From: Octopus sinensis
Lineage: Eukaryota
DNA: 64,000 nucleotides
Assembly (NCBI RefSeq): GCF_006345805.1
Contig: NC_043016.1
Location: 18,910,001 to 18,974,000, forward strand
Reading direction: 5' to 3'
Shown: in pieces, positions 1-12,836 of the stretch
Numbering within the stretch: the stretch's first letter is position 1
Layout of the letters: the number at the start of each line of letters is the position of its first letter
Made by a program: the position numbers and the translations under genes
The notes under the pieces: model-generated
The model's input: the letters and a program-made list of their open reading frames with translations, nothing else
What the model was told of the DNA's origin: nothing
Databases searched by the model: none

Positions 1-110
1 ATGAAAGGCAAAGTCGACCTCGGCGGAATTTGAACTCACAACGTAACGCAGACGAAATACCGCTAAGCATTTCGCCCGGCGTGCTAACGTTTCTGCTAGC
101 TCGCCGCCTT
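1..110 (-). mobile_element. tRNA-derived SINE family A, 5' portion (cut by window edge)
   Basis: Reverse complement reads aaggcggcgagctagcagaaacgttagcacgccgggcg...gagttcaaattccgccgaggtcgactttgcctttcat, near-identical to copies at 9386, 31290-31445, 50094 and 54048; B-box-like GAGTTCAAATTCC. Confidence 0.85.
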
Positions 111-124
111 AATTAATAGTAGTA

Positions 125-175
<51 letters not shown>

Positions 176-285
176 TAATAATAATAATAATAGTAATAGT
201 AATGATGATGATGAGGAGGAGGAGGAGGAGGGGGTGGATGGTGGTGGTGGTGGTGATGATGTTGATGATGATGATGATGCTGATG

Positions 286-316
<31 letters not shown>

Positions 317-333
317 TAGTAATAATAATAATA

Positions 334-364
<31 letters not shown>

Positions 365-381
365 TAGTAATAATAATAATA

Positions 382-419
<38 letters not shown>

Positions 420-466
420 TAATAATAATAATAATAACGATAAATAATAATAATAATAATAATAGC
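111..466. repeat. Compound trinucleotide microsatellite (AAT/GAT/GAG/GGT)
   Basis: Direct reading; source of the poly-I/N/M ORFs in the track. Confidence 0.95.
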
Positions 467-599
467 AGTTAGAGAAATAAATTATTAATAAATAGAATCC
501 CTAATAGCGAGGCAGTCCGCTTAGAGTTATTTAAGGTAAATCTTACTCAAAAGTCCCAGATTACTCTGTCAACCGCAATGCATGGAAGATGTTATCCTC

Positions 600-1750
600 C
601 AGTTCCTTTTCTCCTACTAAGAAAAGCATTCTCAGAGTAGATCCATTCAGTCTCACTAGCCTTGCCACTCTCATCCACCTTTTGATAAACACACTACAAG
701 CAGCACCTCCCTCTCAACGTCACCTTCCTCTTCAAATGATATTTAAATACATTGATGAGGACTTGGCTAGATAGGAAAGTTCCTGTCTTCAAAAATTCCA
801 AATGGATCCACCACAGCCTTTTTTTTTTTTATTGCCACAGTCACTAAGTAGAGAAAGATCTGCCTTCCTTCTCTGCTAACGGAAGATAGTGAATCGATCT
901 TCAGCGGACAGCTGGATTGGTCTTATATGACAATGAAGCTGTTCAAAACAAGCTCAGAATTCTAATGCGCAGGAACTGAGCAATTGCATGAAGGGCGGTT
1001 TCGTCCCCATGCATGCATCTCGGACACGTTCGGCTGTTGGAACATCCATGTCTGAAAAGCTTTCTCGAGTAGGTGATGATCCCCTCTAAAACCACATGCC
1101 GAAGACTTTTGGAAATTGTTCATGAGCCTCGCCCAAAATACTCCGAGAGAGATCACTCATATTATTCTTGCGATGCCCAGAGTGAACCCGAGGCTATCGT
1201 TGCTCATAGACTCAACTATATAAATCTTGCGTTGTTTTCCTGCTACAAGTTCTGTGCCAGACAACATCCTAGATGCCAAACGCCCAATCTTGGTGTACGT
1301 TTCACACATGACTGCATCTCCGTCCGTCAATGAAATCAGCTGCAGGAAGACGTGTCTCATGAAGGACGCCCACATCAGTTCACCTTTGTTTTCGTTGCCT
1401 TCGTTCACACCATCCCGGTGATTTAGATACTTCTGTAGTCACATCAGCCTCAATACATGGAGCCGCATCATCAAGGATGGCATCCTAAGCCTGCCACAGT
1501 GTGGGTGCTGATTCTAGATGGATTTTATGACCAGCGGAAACTGACCCACAAATCTGCTCAGTGTTTCCTCGGGACAAGGTACGACGGCTAGGCGGTAGTA
1601 CACAATCGAGGCGATGAATGATATTCACTACTTTCACCTGGCCTTTTAGAAACAGATTCCTTTCTGCTAATTTATGGGTGTGCTTGGCGACCCTAACCAT
1701 GACATCTTCCCTGTTCCTATCTACCTACAGATCTGATCTAAACCAGATTA
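600..1750 (-). mobile_element. Old Tx1-clade LINE remnant (post-RT and C-terminal part of ORF2, multiply frameshifted)
   Basis: Minus-strand peptides LAERNLFLKG, FIASIVYYRLAVVPCP, RMPSLMMRLHVLRL, CPRCMHGDETALHAI and LWWIHLEFLKTGTFLSSQVLINVFKYHLKRKV align by eye to ORF2 at 17140-18130. Confidence 0.8.
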
Positions 1751-1772
1751 TGTTATAATAATGATAATAATA

Positions 1773-1980
1773 ATCCTTTCTACTATTGGCACAAGACCTA
1801 AAATTTTGGAGAACGGGGTGAGGCGATTACATCGACACCAGTGCTCAGCTTCCATCGACTCTGAAATGATAAAAGTCAAAGTCGACTTCGGGGGAATTTG
1901 AACTCAGGATCTAAAGACGGAAGAAATACCTCTGAGCATTTTGCCCGACGTACTAACGATTCTGCCAACTCACCACCTTA
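1773..1980 (-). mobile_element. SINE family A, diverged, A1-type tail (…ttgtgccaatagtagaaagg(ATT)n)
   Basis: Head and core similar to other family A copies (gtcgactttgacttttatc, gagttcaaattcc). Confidence 0.75.
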
Positions 1981-2719
1981 TTTACTACTAATAGTAATAA
2001 TACTGATGACGATGGTGGTCTTTGGTGACGGTTGTGGTGGTCGTCGTGATAGCAGTATTTCTGGATGTGGTTTTCGTGGCAGTGATGATATTGGTAGTAG
2101 TGATGATGATGATGATGATAAATGACGACGACGAAGATGATGATTATGATGATGATGATGATGATGATGATGATGCAGAGGATACGAATGAAATTAATCT
2201 TTAATATATTAGTTAATATAAATAATACAAAAGGAAAAAAAAAAGTCTATTTCAAATAAATGAATCCGAGATTGTAGAGAAAGACATGCATTATAAATAG
2301 ATTGGTTTTGAATGAAAGTAGAAAATAGCGCGGAATAAGTGTAGTGGAAGGCGAAGGGAGGAATATAGAGTATAATAAAAGAAAGGAGATTGCAAAGTAT
2401 AGCAGGAGGCTGAAGATTATGCTGTGTGTAAGTCTGTTTAGGGTAATGATAAAAAATGAAAATTACAAATTTGGAAAAATGAAGTATAGATAGAAGGAAA
2501 GCAGGTTTAGGTTTCATTCATTCACAGCTCGTTTGTTTACTTATTTCCTTATGTCTTTCATGCTCGTTTTATTTTTTCTGTCTGCGATTCTCACTCTCTT
2601 TCTCCCACCTCATACATCTCTCTCATACTTATTCTCTTGCCTGTTTATTTATTTTTTTATTATTTTTTTTCCAGTTATTTATCTGTAAAATTTCTGCGCC
2701 ACAGCCATTCAGAATTATA

Positions 2720-2778
2720 TACACACACAAACAAAAAAAACACACTGCAATGTGTGTGTGTGTGCGTGCGTGTGTATT

Positions 2779-2815
<37 letters not shown>

Positions 2816-2950
2816 TATGTGCGTGCATGAATGCGTGCGTGGATACACATACACACAGTGATACATACGTTTATACGTAGAAACATTATTTAAATAAATA
2901 TTAAGCACACACACACACTCTCACTACACACGCACGCACACACACACAAC

Positions 2951-2981
<31 letters not shown>

Positions 2982-3012
2982 ATACACACACACACTCTCA
3001 CTACACCACGCA

Positions 3013-3052
<40 letters not shown>

Positions 3053-3090
3053 ATACACACACACACTCGCGCGCACACGTTTTGCAAGCA
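2720..3090. repeat. (TG)n/(CA)n compound microsatellite
   Basis: Direct reading. Confidence 0.9.
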
Positions 3091-3724
3091 TAACTGCATA
3101 TGTGTTTCTTTTGCATAGTTACGGTGGGAAATGTTTTCAGGTAAATAATTGAGAAGAGGTAAGTGTGAGAGAAAAGTACGGGGTGTGAGTAAGAGAAACA
3201 CGGCACACCGACACCACACACACACACTAAAAAAAAGAAAGAAACGAACAAAGCAAATAAGCAATTGAATGAAAGAGAATTGAGATACAAGTGAGGATGA
3301 GAAAGAGAAGTGGCAAAAATAACCGTGAATAAAATAGAAGTGAATTAATAATAAAACAGAAATTTGCATTGTGTGTAAATGGTGAAATGGTAAATTGAAT
3401 TAAATTTTTGAATAATAGCAGATTTGGGGAGGCAGTTTAAACATCTGATTTTACATAGCTACCTTCGTGCATAAGTATTATTATTTTCTTATTTTTTTTT
3501 TTTCATTTTCACTTTTTTCTCCTTCATTTTCTTACAGTTTCTGTCTCTAAGACTTACGTTCATACTTACTGTCTGCTTTACCAAACTTCACAAATACAAC
3601 AATGCATATACACATATATGCAAAGACGAACACGCTAACACGATATATATATATATCTTATATATTACATACATACATATATTATAATATATATATATTA
3701 ATTATATATATATATATATATAAC

Positions 3725-3756
<32 letters not shown>

Positions 3757-4627
3757 TATTATATATATATGTATATAAGAGTTTATATATATGTATATAA
3801 GAGTTTCGCCATGGGCTCTTAGGAGCACAGTTCGATTTGTTTTTTGCTCTGCCTCTGTTCTGTTTTTGTTTTTCAACGGATTTCCTTTTTTCTTCCTGAA
3901 GAGAAAGACACAATATGGTCCCATTATTCAATCGGATTTTGGTAATTTGTGCCTTTCGAAACACGTATAGAATGAAATAAAACGATTTCTGTTCAATCTG
4001 CGTTCAGCTCCATTTCTTCAATTCAACCAATAATGTTTTAATTTCAATTATCCGCACCAACGCACGGTTGCAAACCCAGATGGTTGTACCTCCAACCGTG
4101 CTGTTCACTGCTGTGATTTTTGCTACTAAGGTATCGGTTAAACTTTTGATTAATCTACACAAGATTATTCATCTTTCTATTTCACATTCTATATATAATA
4201 TATATATAATATGTATGTATATATATTTATATATATATTATATGTGTGTGTGTGTGTTTGTATGCATGTATGTATGTTTGTGCGTTTTATCTATGTGTTT
4301 AAGAGAAACATTATGGGTATGTATGTATATGTTAATGTGTTTATATGAGTCTGTGCGTCTATGGATACATATAAGTATTATTGTATTCCTTTAGATCAAT
4401 CAAACAACAGAGCAATCAATCAATAGATGCCATTAATCAGTTTATCTATCTATATATCTTTCTGTCTGTCTGTGTGTCTGTCGGTGTATTAGTATTTTGT
4501 ATGGGTGCTTCTACGTATGTATATAAGTATGCATATGTGTGTGTGTATATATATACATATACATACATGGATACATATATACACACGCGCATAAAACATA
4601 CATATATAGATATATATATATATATAA

Positions 4628-4642
4628 TATAGATAGATAGAT

Positions 4643-4703
<61 letters not shown>
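4628..4703. repeat. (GATA)n microsatellite
   Basis: Direct reading. Confidence 0.95.
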
Positions 4704-4859
4704 TACATAGCAGATATAGATATATGAGAACATGAAAAACAGGAAAAAAATATGTAACAAAAATTAGTCCTACATATAAAATATGTTTATATATTCCATA
4801 CAGGCATGCATATATGCACATACAGTCATTAGATTTATAATATGCATGTATACGAACAT

Positions 4860-4959
4860 NNNNNNNNNNNNNNNNNNNNNNNNNNNNNNNNNNNNNNNNN
4901 NNNNNNNNNNNNNNNNNNNNNNNNNNNNNNNNNNNNNNNNNNNNNNNNNNNNNNNNNNN
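4860..4959. other. Assembly gap (100 N)
   Basis: Run of exactly 100 N, typical placeholder for a gap of unknown size. Confidence 0.98.
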
Positions 4960-5760
4960 ACTACTTACCACTACCATCAAAACCACCTCAACCACCACAA
5001 TCATTGCTACAAACCATTAACACAGAGCAATCTGAAAAACTACTACTGGTATTTCCACTTCCACAGACTACACTACTTCCTCCTTTACTACCTTTATTGC
5101 GAGTAACACCAGCGCGCTAACACCACATCACTCCAACTACAACAATAACAACAACAACAACAACACTGCAAGCAACACCATTGTCACCGCCATATTTTTC
5201 ACCACCACCGTCGCCACATCACCTTCCGCTGCAACCAGTATCGACACCACCACCACCAGCAGCAGCAACATCGCTATTATAAGAAATAGAATCATCTCAT
5301 CGACGCCTCTGAGAAGTACCACCATAATCAACATTTGCGTCTTCACTGAGCCAATGCAGTTATTAGTTCTGTAATAACATCACCAGCAATTACACCAATG
5401 TCGCATACATCATTATGATCAGCAAAGTTGTTAACAATACTCAGTGATGAAGAATGTCACCACCACTACCTTACCACTAACCACCTTCTTCATTACCACA
5501 CACACACACACACACATGCACCACCAGCACAAATAGTCAGTACCACTATAAACACACCAGTGTATATCAATGAACGTGTGTGCGCGCGGGCGTACATCAA
5601 TGCACATGTGAGTGTATGCATGTATGTATACATGCATGCATATCTGAAAACACACACAGAGATACACACTCACACACATAGTCCCTTTCTCACACACAGC
5701 ACATACATATGTGTGGCATATGTACCTACTAAAACCACCACACTACCACTCCCGATACCA

Positions 5761-5862
5761 CTATTCTTTTCTACTCTAGGCACAAGGCCTGAAATTTTGG
5801 GGGAGGGGGCCAGTCGATTAGATCGACCCCAGTACGTAACTGGTGCTTAATTTATCGACCCC
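5761..5862 (-). mobile_element. SINE family A, 3' half (A1 tail)
   Basis: ggcacaaggcctgaaattttggg…gtcgattagatcgaccccagtacgtaactggtgcttaatttatcgacccc matches family A core and tail. Confidence 0.75.
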
Positions 5863-5945
5863 TTTTGGCCCATTTATAGCAGATTATACCGCGGCTTGGA
5901 TTAGATTGCCTGTTAAAAAAAGAATGAATGTGTTTCGTGTGTTTA

Positions 5946-5989
<44 letters not shown>

Positions 5990-6084
5990 CACACACACAC
6001 ACATATATATACATACAAACGCATACATGCACACACGGAAATAAGTTATGTCTTCGAAATACAGTGTCTGGAAAAAGTAGGTTA

Positions 6085-6740
6085 GCTCAAGTTAGCTGAA
6101 GAACAGTGTGACTTCCACTCTGACGCAGCTCAACAGACCAAATATTCATTTTATGACAGATTTTCGAGAAGTCGAAGAATTATTGCCAAGAGGTGTATGC
6201 TTGCTTTGTCGGCCTCGAAATGGCAAATGACTGCGTACCGTGGGGCATGTTGTGGAGGGTTTTACAGAAGGTTGAGTTTAATGGGCAAACTTTGATTGTC
6301 GTGAGTCCCCATATGAATACCTAAATGTCTGTGTTCAAGTAACTGGTGCGAACTCAAAATCTTTAAACGTGAGTGTTGGACTTTGGCAGGGATGCGTATT
6401 TTCAACTCTTCATTTCATAATTTTTATGAACTGGATTGACATGCGCAACCGTTGTAAAAGCAGTATCAGAATCGTAGAGTGTAGGATCGGTCGGCTGATA
6501 CTTGCAGACGACCTAGTGTTACATGACTAATCGAAAGGTGATCTCCCACTGAATTAGTTCGCTGTCGAGTGCTGCAAGGTAAGGTTGAGAAATAATCAAG
6601 TGTTGCAAAGACTGATAAGACCGATACATTGGTCCTCTCGAGAAACTTTACCTAGTTCAGTCTGTATGTTAGTAGAACTGCAGAAGTTTACATATTTACA
6701 CCACCCACTCGGGATTGAATTGCTTTCTCACAGACTTAGA
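6085..6740 (+). mobile_element. RTE-clade LINE remnant (RT domain, decayed)
   Basis: Translates with breaks to LAEEQCDF..TDQIFIL.QIFEK..YACFVGLE..VGLWQGCVFS.LHFIIFM..RLILADDLVL. Confidence 0.7.
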
Positions 6741-7476
6741 AATATTTTCTGTAATTTTTTTTTCTAAACCTGTTGTATTTAATGAGCTTTCTGCAATCAG
6801 AGAGAAATTATAATTCTTGATTTCGTTTCTTTCTTCTCGTTCCACTTTTGCACCAACATTCTTCACGTTTTTCTTTATTTTCTTACTGCCCGGAATCAAT
6901 GTTTTTAAAAATTAGACATGTTTTAAAAGTATATTTGTGAATTTTAGCGATCATTCTAAGATGTATAGATAAATATAAACTCGCACCATATTCGGTATTT
7001 TTGTTTTTTGGGGCGGGAGCATTAACCGGACTAACTTCAGTCCTGTGTTGAGATTTCATTAGTTACTGAGTATATCTATTGATATATATATATATATATT
7101 GATATATATTACATAACGTTTGACCGAAATATTGTTAATGTACTAATTCATTTTTAATCGAACATGCTGCCAAATATGCTTTTTTTTTGTAATATGCAAA
7201 TCGATCAATCCACTTTACTTAAGCACTTAGTTATAGTAGGTTTACAAGTAATGTCCCATCTTGGTTTTCTAGCTCAAATATACTTCGAATACCAACAAAG
7301 AATTCGATCTAATCTGGTTGATCCTTCTTTTCCTCCCGACAAATGTACTCCACATGAATATATTAATATTTATATTCTGCAGTAGGTGTATATATATATA
7401 TATTATATATATATATTATATATATAAATATATGTATATAAATACATACACATATGCATATATATATATATATTAT

Positions 7477-7507
<31 letters not shown>

Positions 7508-7922
7508 CATATATGTATACATACATACGCATATGCGCGTGCACACGCATACACACACACATTAGCCTGTATACATACCAATATATTAGCCTTGGAATTA
7601 CGAAATATCTAATTATAAACCATTATATCTTGAGATTAATATGCAGCAAGTTATAAATACATGCATTTGTATCGATAGATAGATTTAATGGACGTACATA
7701 TTAACATTTATATGCCAAGAAATACAATCATATATATATGTGTGTGTATGTGTGTGTGTATGTGTGTGTGTGGATGTGTGTGTGTGTGTGTGTGCGTGTA
7801 TGTGTGTGTTCACTTAAGTTAATTTACTGCATATATATATATATATCCGTACCTATATTCATATGCATATGTGCACACAAAAATAAATACACATGCATAT
7901 AATAGCGTACAATTATATATAT

Positions 7923-7965
<43 letters not shown>

Positions 7966-8876
7966 GACAGACAATACATTCACGCGCATTGATATGTGTA
8001 TGTGCATAGTTCTCTGTGTACACATTTGAAGTCGACATTTGAGTAGCTATTTTCTTCGTTCCACCATTTATTTATTGTACTTTCCCCCTTGAACATGCTA
8101 GCGCATATGTCGAGTTGGGTGAACACAATACGTTTCTGGGTTTATTGTCAGACAGATGGGATCAGTTGCTGACAAGTATCTTACATCAACCTAAGCCCCT
8201 GGATGTAATCAGCAAAGCCTAACAGATCTGTGAATAAGTAAATAGCAAAATAAAATAAAATATAAAAAAAAAAAGGCCGGTCGATTTGTTTGCTCAGCAT
8301 CATCCGAGCAATCTATAGCGCGCAACGGTGTTATCTCCGACGGAAATCCTTCTACTGTCCCTGAGCATTATAAGGACAATCTTAAATTACTTGAACAAAC
8401 GACGCCATTATTTTAGCAAACGCACAACCTTCTCGAGAACAGGTGCGATTTGTTTGCCGGGGTTCAAAAGAACAATTTTGCTCGTGTCGCGGTCAAATAT
8501 TGGAATTGTACTCCAAGTCAGTTTCTATCCAATTCCTGCTTTAATATTCATATCGTCTTAATACGTTTGCTTTCTTCTCAATGCCAACATTTTGAATGTG
8601 CAGGGCGACGACAGCAGACAGCTTGCTATCCACTCGACTCGAGTCGACACGAAAATAGAAAAAGAAGTGTAAGTGCTTCTTGTTAATGAACTTGATGGCC
8701 AAGTGGCGGCAGAGTTCTAAGACCTGCTTAAGAGATGTTCAACTTGGTAAAAACCACAAAGTCAATTTGTGTAAACATGCAAATGCTGCCCACATTCTTC
8801 TTATTTGTAATTGGCTTAAAAATAAAGCAACAAACAAAGAGCTGACGCGCAAACACATAGCAAACATACAAGAACA

Positions 8877-8916
<40 letters not shown>

Positions 8917-9160
8917 TACACACAATAAAGAATAAATTAAATATATAAAAAGTAAAAAAAAAAAAATACAAAATATTTCGGGTGACAAAATATAGCGGGT
9001 GGTAATGGTAGTGGGCTGCTGGTGGTGAGGTGCTGGTGGTGATGTGCTGCTGGTGGGTGTTTAGTAGGGGCATGTGAGGTGTAGGGCAATGACGGGGGCG
9101 GTAACAGTAATTTTAGAGATTTCATTCAAATAAAATCAATAACGAAACAAATAAAATGGC

Positions 9161-9385
<225 letters not shown>

Positions 9386-9612
9386 TAGGCGGCGAGCTGG
9401 TAGAATCGTTAGCATGCTAAAGGATTAGTGAAACACTTAGCGGCATTTCGTCTGCCGCTACGTTCTGAGTTCAAATTCCACCGAGGTTGACTTTGCCTTT
9501 CATCCTTTCAGGGTCGATAAATTAAGTACCAGTTACGCACTGGAGTTGATGTAATCGACTAATCTCCTCTACCAAATTTCAGGCTTTGTTCCTAAAGTAG
9601 AAAGAATTATCA
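9386..9612 (+). mobile_element. SINE family A, full length, A1 tail
   Basis: ggcggcgagctggtagaatcgttagc head, GAGTTCAAATTCC, core gttgactttgcctttcatcctttcagggtcgataaattaagtaccag, tail ccaaatttcaggctttgttcctaaagtagaaag. Confidence 0.85.
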
Positions 9613-9732
9613 TAATTATCACCATCATCAACATCATCGTCATCATCATCATTATTTTTATACCTGTTTCCTTTATTAGCCACAAGGGTCATCAAAATAT
9701 GTCGTACAAAAGTGAGGTATAGAAATGTAGTA

Positions 9733-9804
<72 letters not shown>

Positions 9805-11109
9805 TAAATACATACATACGAATAAATAATATATATGTATGCATACACATACGCACATAGACGCTTGTATATATATATTTGAGTGGGGATGGGTTAAGGC
9901 AAAAACATAATCTAAATTCAGATAATTTAAGAAATGAAAAGTTAAGAAAATGTATTCACGCAACTTTTTGATTGTTGTTGGACTCTGAGCTGGTTTTGCT
10001 CGGAGGTAAAACTGATGTCTGAAAACAACAGCATTTGTCATGGTTTTCGATTTATGGTTTGTTGATGTTGCTATTTCTAAAATTTGTCATTCTTTTCTTC
10101 ATTTGTTTTTCTTGTTCTTTTGTGCAAAAAGTTTGAAGTTTGTTTAGGATCACATATGCTAACGAGGCCTTCAAACTGATCCACCAAACTGATTGAATGC
10201 ATATTTGTTCCCGTAATAGGTAACAATGAAAGGCACCTAGATAACTTGGTGGTCATCAGACATTAGTACCCGGGCGTTCGTACATACCTCTTCTAACCGT
10301 ATATTAATCGTGATCCCCTCTGTGATCACAAAATGTCTCCACTATTGTACAGGCGTAACAATAAGCCAGGAGCCATTGTTGGTACTAACACCTTTGGCTG
10401 AGATCATCGACTAACTGAAGCCTACTTATGTCGCATGAACTGCTGGCTTACTACGCCCGTCTGTTTCCTCGGATGATTTTCGGTCTTCAAAACTAGTTAC
10501 ACAGTTCCATATATGTTACCGCATATCAGCCAGAGCTTTCTCTTATTCATGTTTGAAAAACATAAATATGTCGTTTTTCTCATCGTCCTGTTTCGGATAA
10601 ATGAGTCCGGCATTATAGCTCATCCATTCTTACAACTTTTCCTTGAGTTGGTTCAAGTCAAGTCGCTCTGTTTGACTTACAACGTTTGCAAAACACAGAA
10701 CCTTGATGTTGTCGTTGCTGTGAGTTCTGCTTTCTTCCTGTCAAATTATTGTTTGCAAAATTATTGTTTTATGTCCTCCAGTGTACTGTCACTAGTTTCG
10801 AAGTTCTGTTTGTTTGATTTTTATTTTCATTGTTTATAATGATTTTAATTCTGACATTTAAAAAATGATATAAGGGAACATTTGTTTCCCGTATTCAGGC
10901 TACTGCTTCCTCTAAGGCGGGTACTCTTCCTGCTAATTCTCAAATTATTTCGAATCTGGAATAGCAGTACAAATGGCAAAAATAGGGTCTAAAGATAAAA
11001 AACATTTTAATCTATTCCAAAATATGGAGTGTACTTTCAAATAGCTTGAAAGATTTTTTTCTGTTAGTAAAACTGAGTAAATATAAAACAAAATCTTTAT
11101 CATAGGGAT

Positions 11110-12120
11110 TAAAATATTACATTTTCACGGAGGGCTGAATGAAAGGTTCACTATCTTTAGCACATAACAAGAAAGACAGAGGAAAAAAGAAAAACAGAAG
11201 AATAAAGAGGAGGTGGCCGATGTGAGAGTGAGGATGAGGATGACGGGGAGGAGAAAGAGGATGTTGGTGGTGATGATGGTGGTTGTGGTGGCGGTAGTGA
11301 GGATAGTGACAGTGATGACAATGAAATAGAATAAAGAAAGAGACCAAAATGCAGACGAAATTCAGGAAAAAGGTGCATCGTGTGAACTAGTAGAAAATGT
11401 GGTTGAATGACCAAGATCGTTGAGAGAGAGGTAAAAGAGAAAGAATAAGGGAGTTTTGCTATTGAGAAAGAGCTTGAGATAGAGAGATGTGTTGACTGCA
11501 AGAAAGTGTAAGAAGGGTTAATAAAAACTAGAACCAAGGGGAAGAGAGATGAAGGAAAAAAGAGAAATAAAGTAAGAGAAAGTAGAAGAGGGTGTGAGTG
11601 GGGTAGGTGGAAGAGAGAATAGGAATGAAAGAGAAATTAGAGAGGGAGAGTGATTTGAAAAAGACAAAAAATATGAGGTAATTATAACGAAGAAGACGGG
11701 GATATGGTAAATAGAGGTTCAGTATGAAAGAACATAGCAATAGTTAGAGAAGAAAACACTGAGATACAGAATATGCTGGAGAGAACGGGATGAGTAACGA
11801 GATTAAGGGAAATAAAAGAAAAGAAATGTGAAATTCCTCTAAATTTATGCGTGTGGGTGTGAATGAAAGAGGGGGAAAGAGCAAGACGTAATAGAAAGAG
11901 ATGAAGAAACGAAGACGACAAGAAAAGAGAGAAATAGAATGAGAGTAATAGGAACAGGGGGAGAAAAAGGGAGTAAATATTTTAAAGGAAGATAGATAAA
12001 AGAGAGTGGAAAGAGAAAGCACCTGAATAAAGAAATCGTGAAGGACAACGAGTGTGATATAAATAAGGGGGCGTTGAGGGAGACGATACAGAAGGAAGTG
12101 ATTAGAAGAGAATGAGGTGC
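11110..12120. repeat. Purine-rich (GA) strand-asymmetric low-complexity tract
   Basis: About 1 kb dominated by A/G on the + strand with no clean repeat unit. Confidence 0.7.
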
Positions 12121-12549
12121 ACAGAATATGAGAAAAAAGTTACGTAGTCAACTCCTTTAACTTCAGAGACTAAGTAGATTGGTACAATGTTGATGAATGT
12201 TTTCAGGATGATAGATTGAGCATCTTATACGGTCTTTGTACTGTCAATGAAGAATAAATTGAATGAAGAAAATAGAAGGTAGAGAGAAAAAGTAATGACA
12301 AAAGGACGGCAATAAAAAGTAAACAATTAAGCAGGGAAATATGAAAAAAAAAAAATAATAAGTGAGAATCTAAGAAAGAAATCTTTATTAAATCAACTAT
12401 CATTTACGCAATGTCACCATATCGTGATGTGCTTAAAACAATAACATAAAACTGGTGTCGTTGTTTAGCCACAAGTCTGTGCCGACACAACAGACATGAT
12501 CATGTGGTGTTTTCATTTATCCTGACATTGTGTATATAGAGCTGCAGAA

Positions 12550-12556
12550 TATCTAT

Positions 12557-12632
<76 letters not shown>

Positions 12633-12637
12633 TTATC
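12550..12637. repeat. (TATC)n microsatellite at 5' junction of Tx1 LINE
   Basis: Direct reading. Confidence 0.95.
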
Positions 12638-12836
12638 GACGGACGTGTTGTCACCTCGGCTCCGAAGGTAATCGTTTATTTTGACTATTTATAGCCCATA
12701 TTTTGTGTACATTTTTGTAAATAAGGTGTGTAAGGCACCCAACTTTCGTTCGAGTGCTTTTCCAAGGGAGGAATTCGCCCCTAGGGGCAGTTTCAACCCC
12801 ATTTAATTTGTATATTTTTCTTCTCGACATTAAAAA

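Noticed and set aside
10050-10880. Coding-like, stop-interrupted minus-strand stretch
   Set aside because: Could not be assigned to any TE or protein family by eye.
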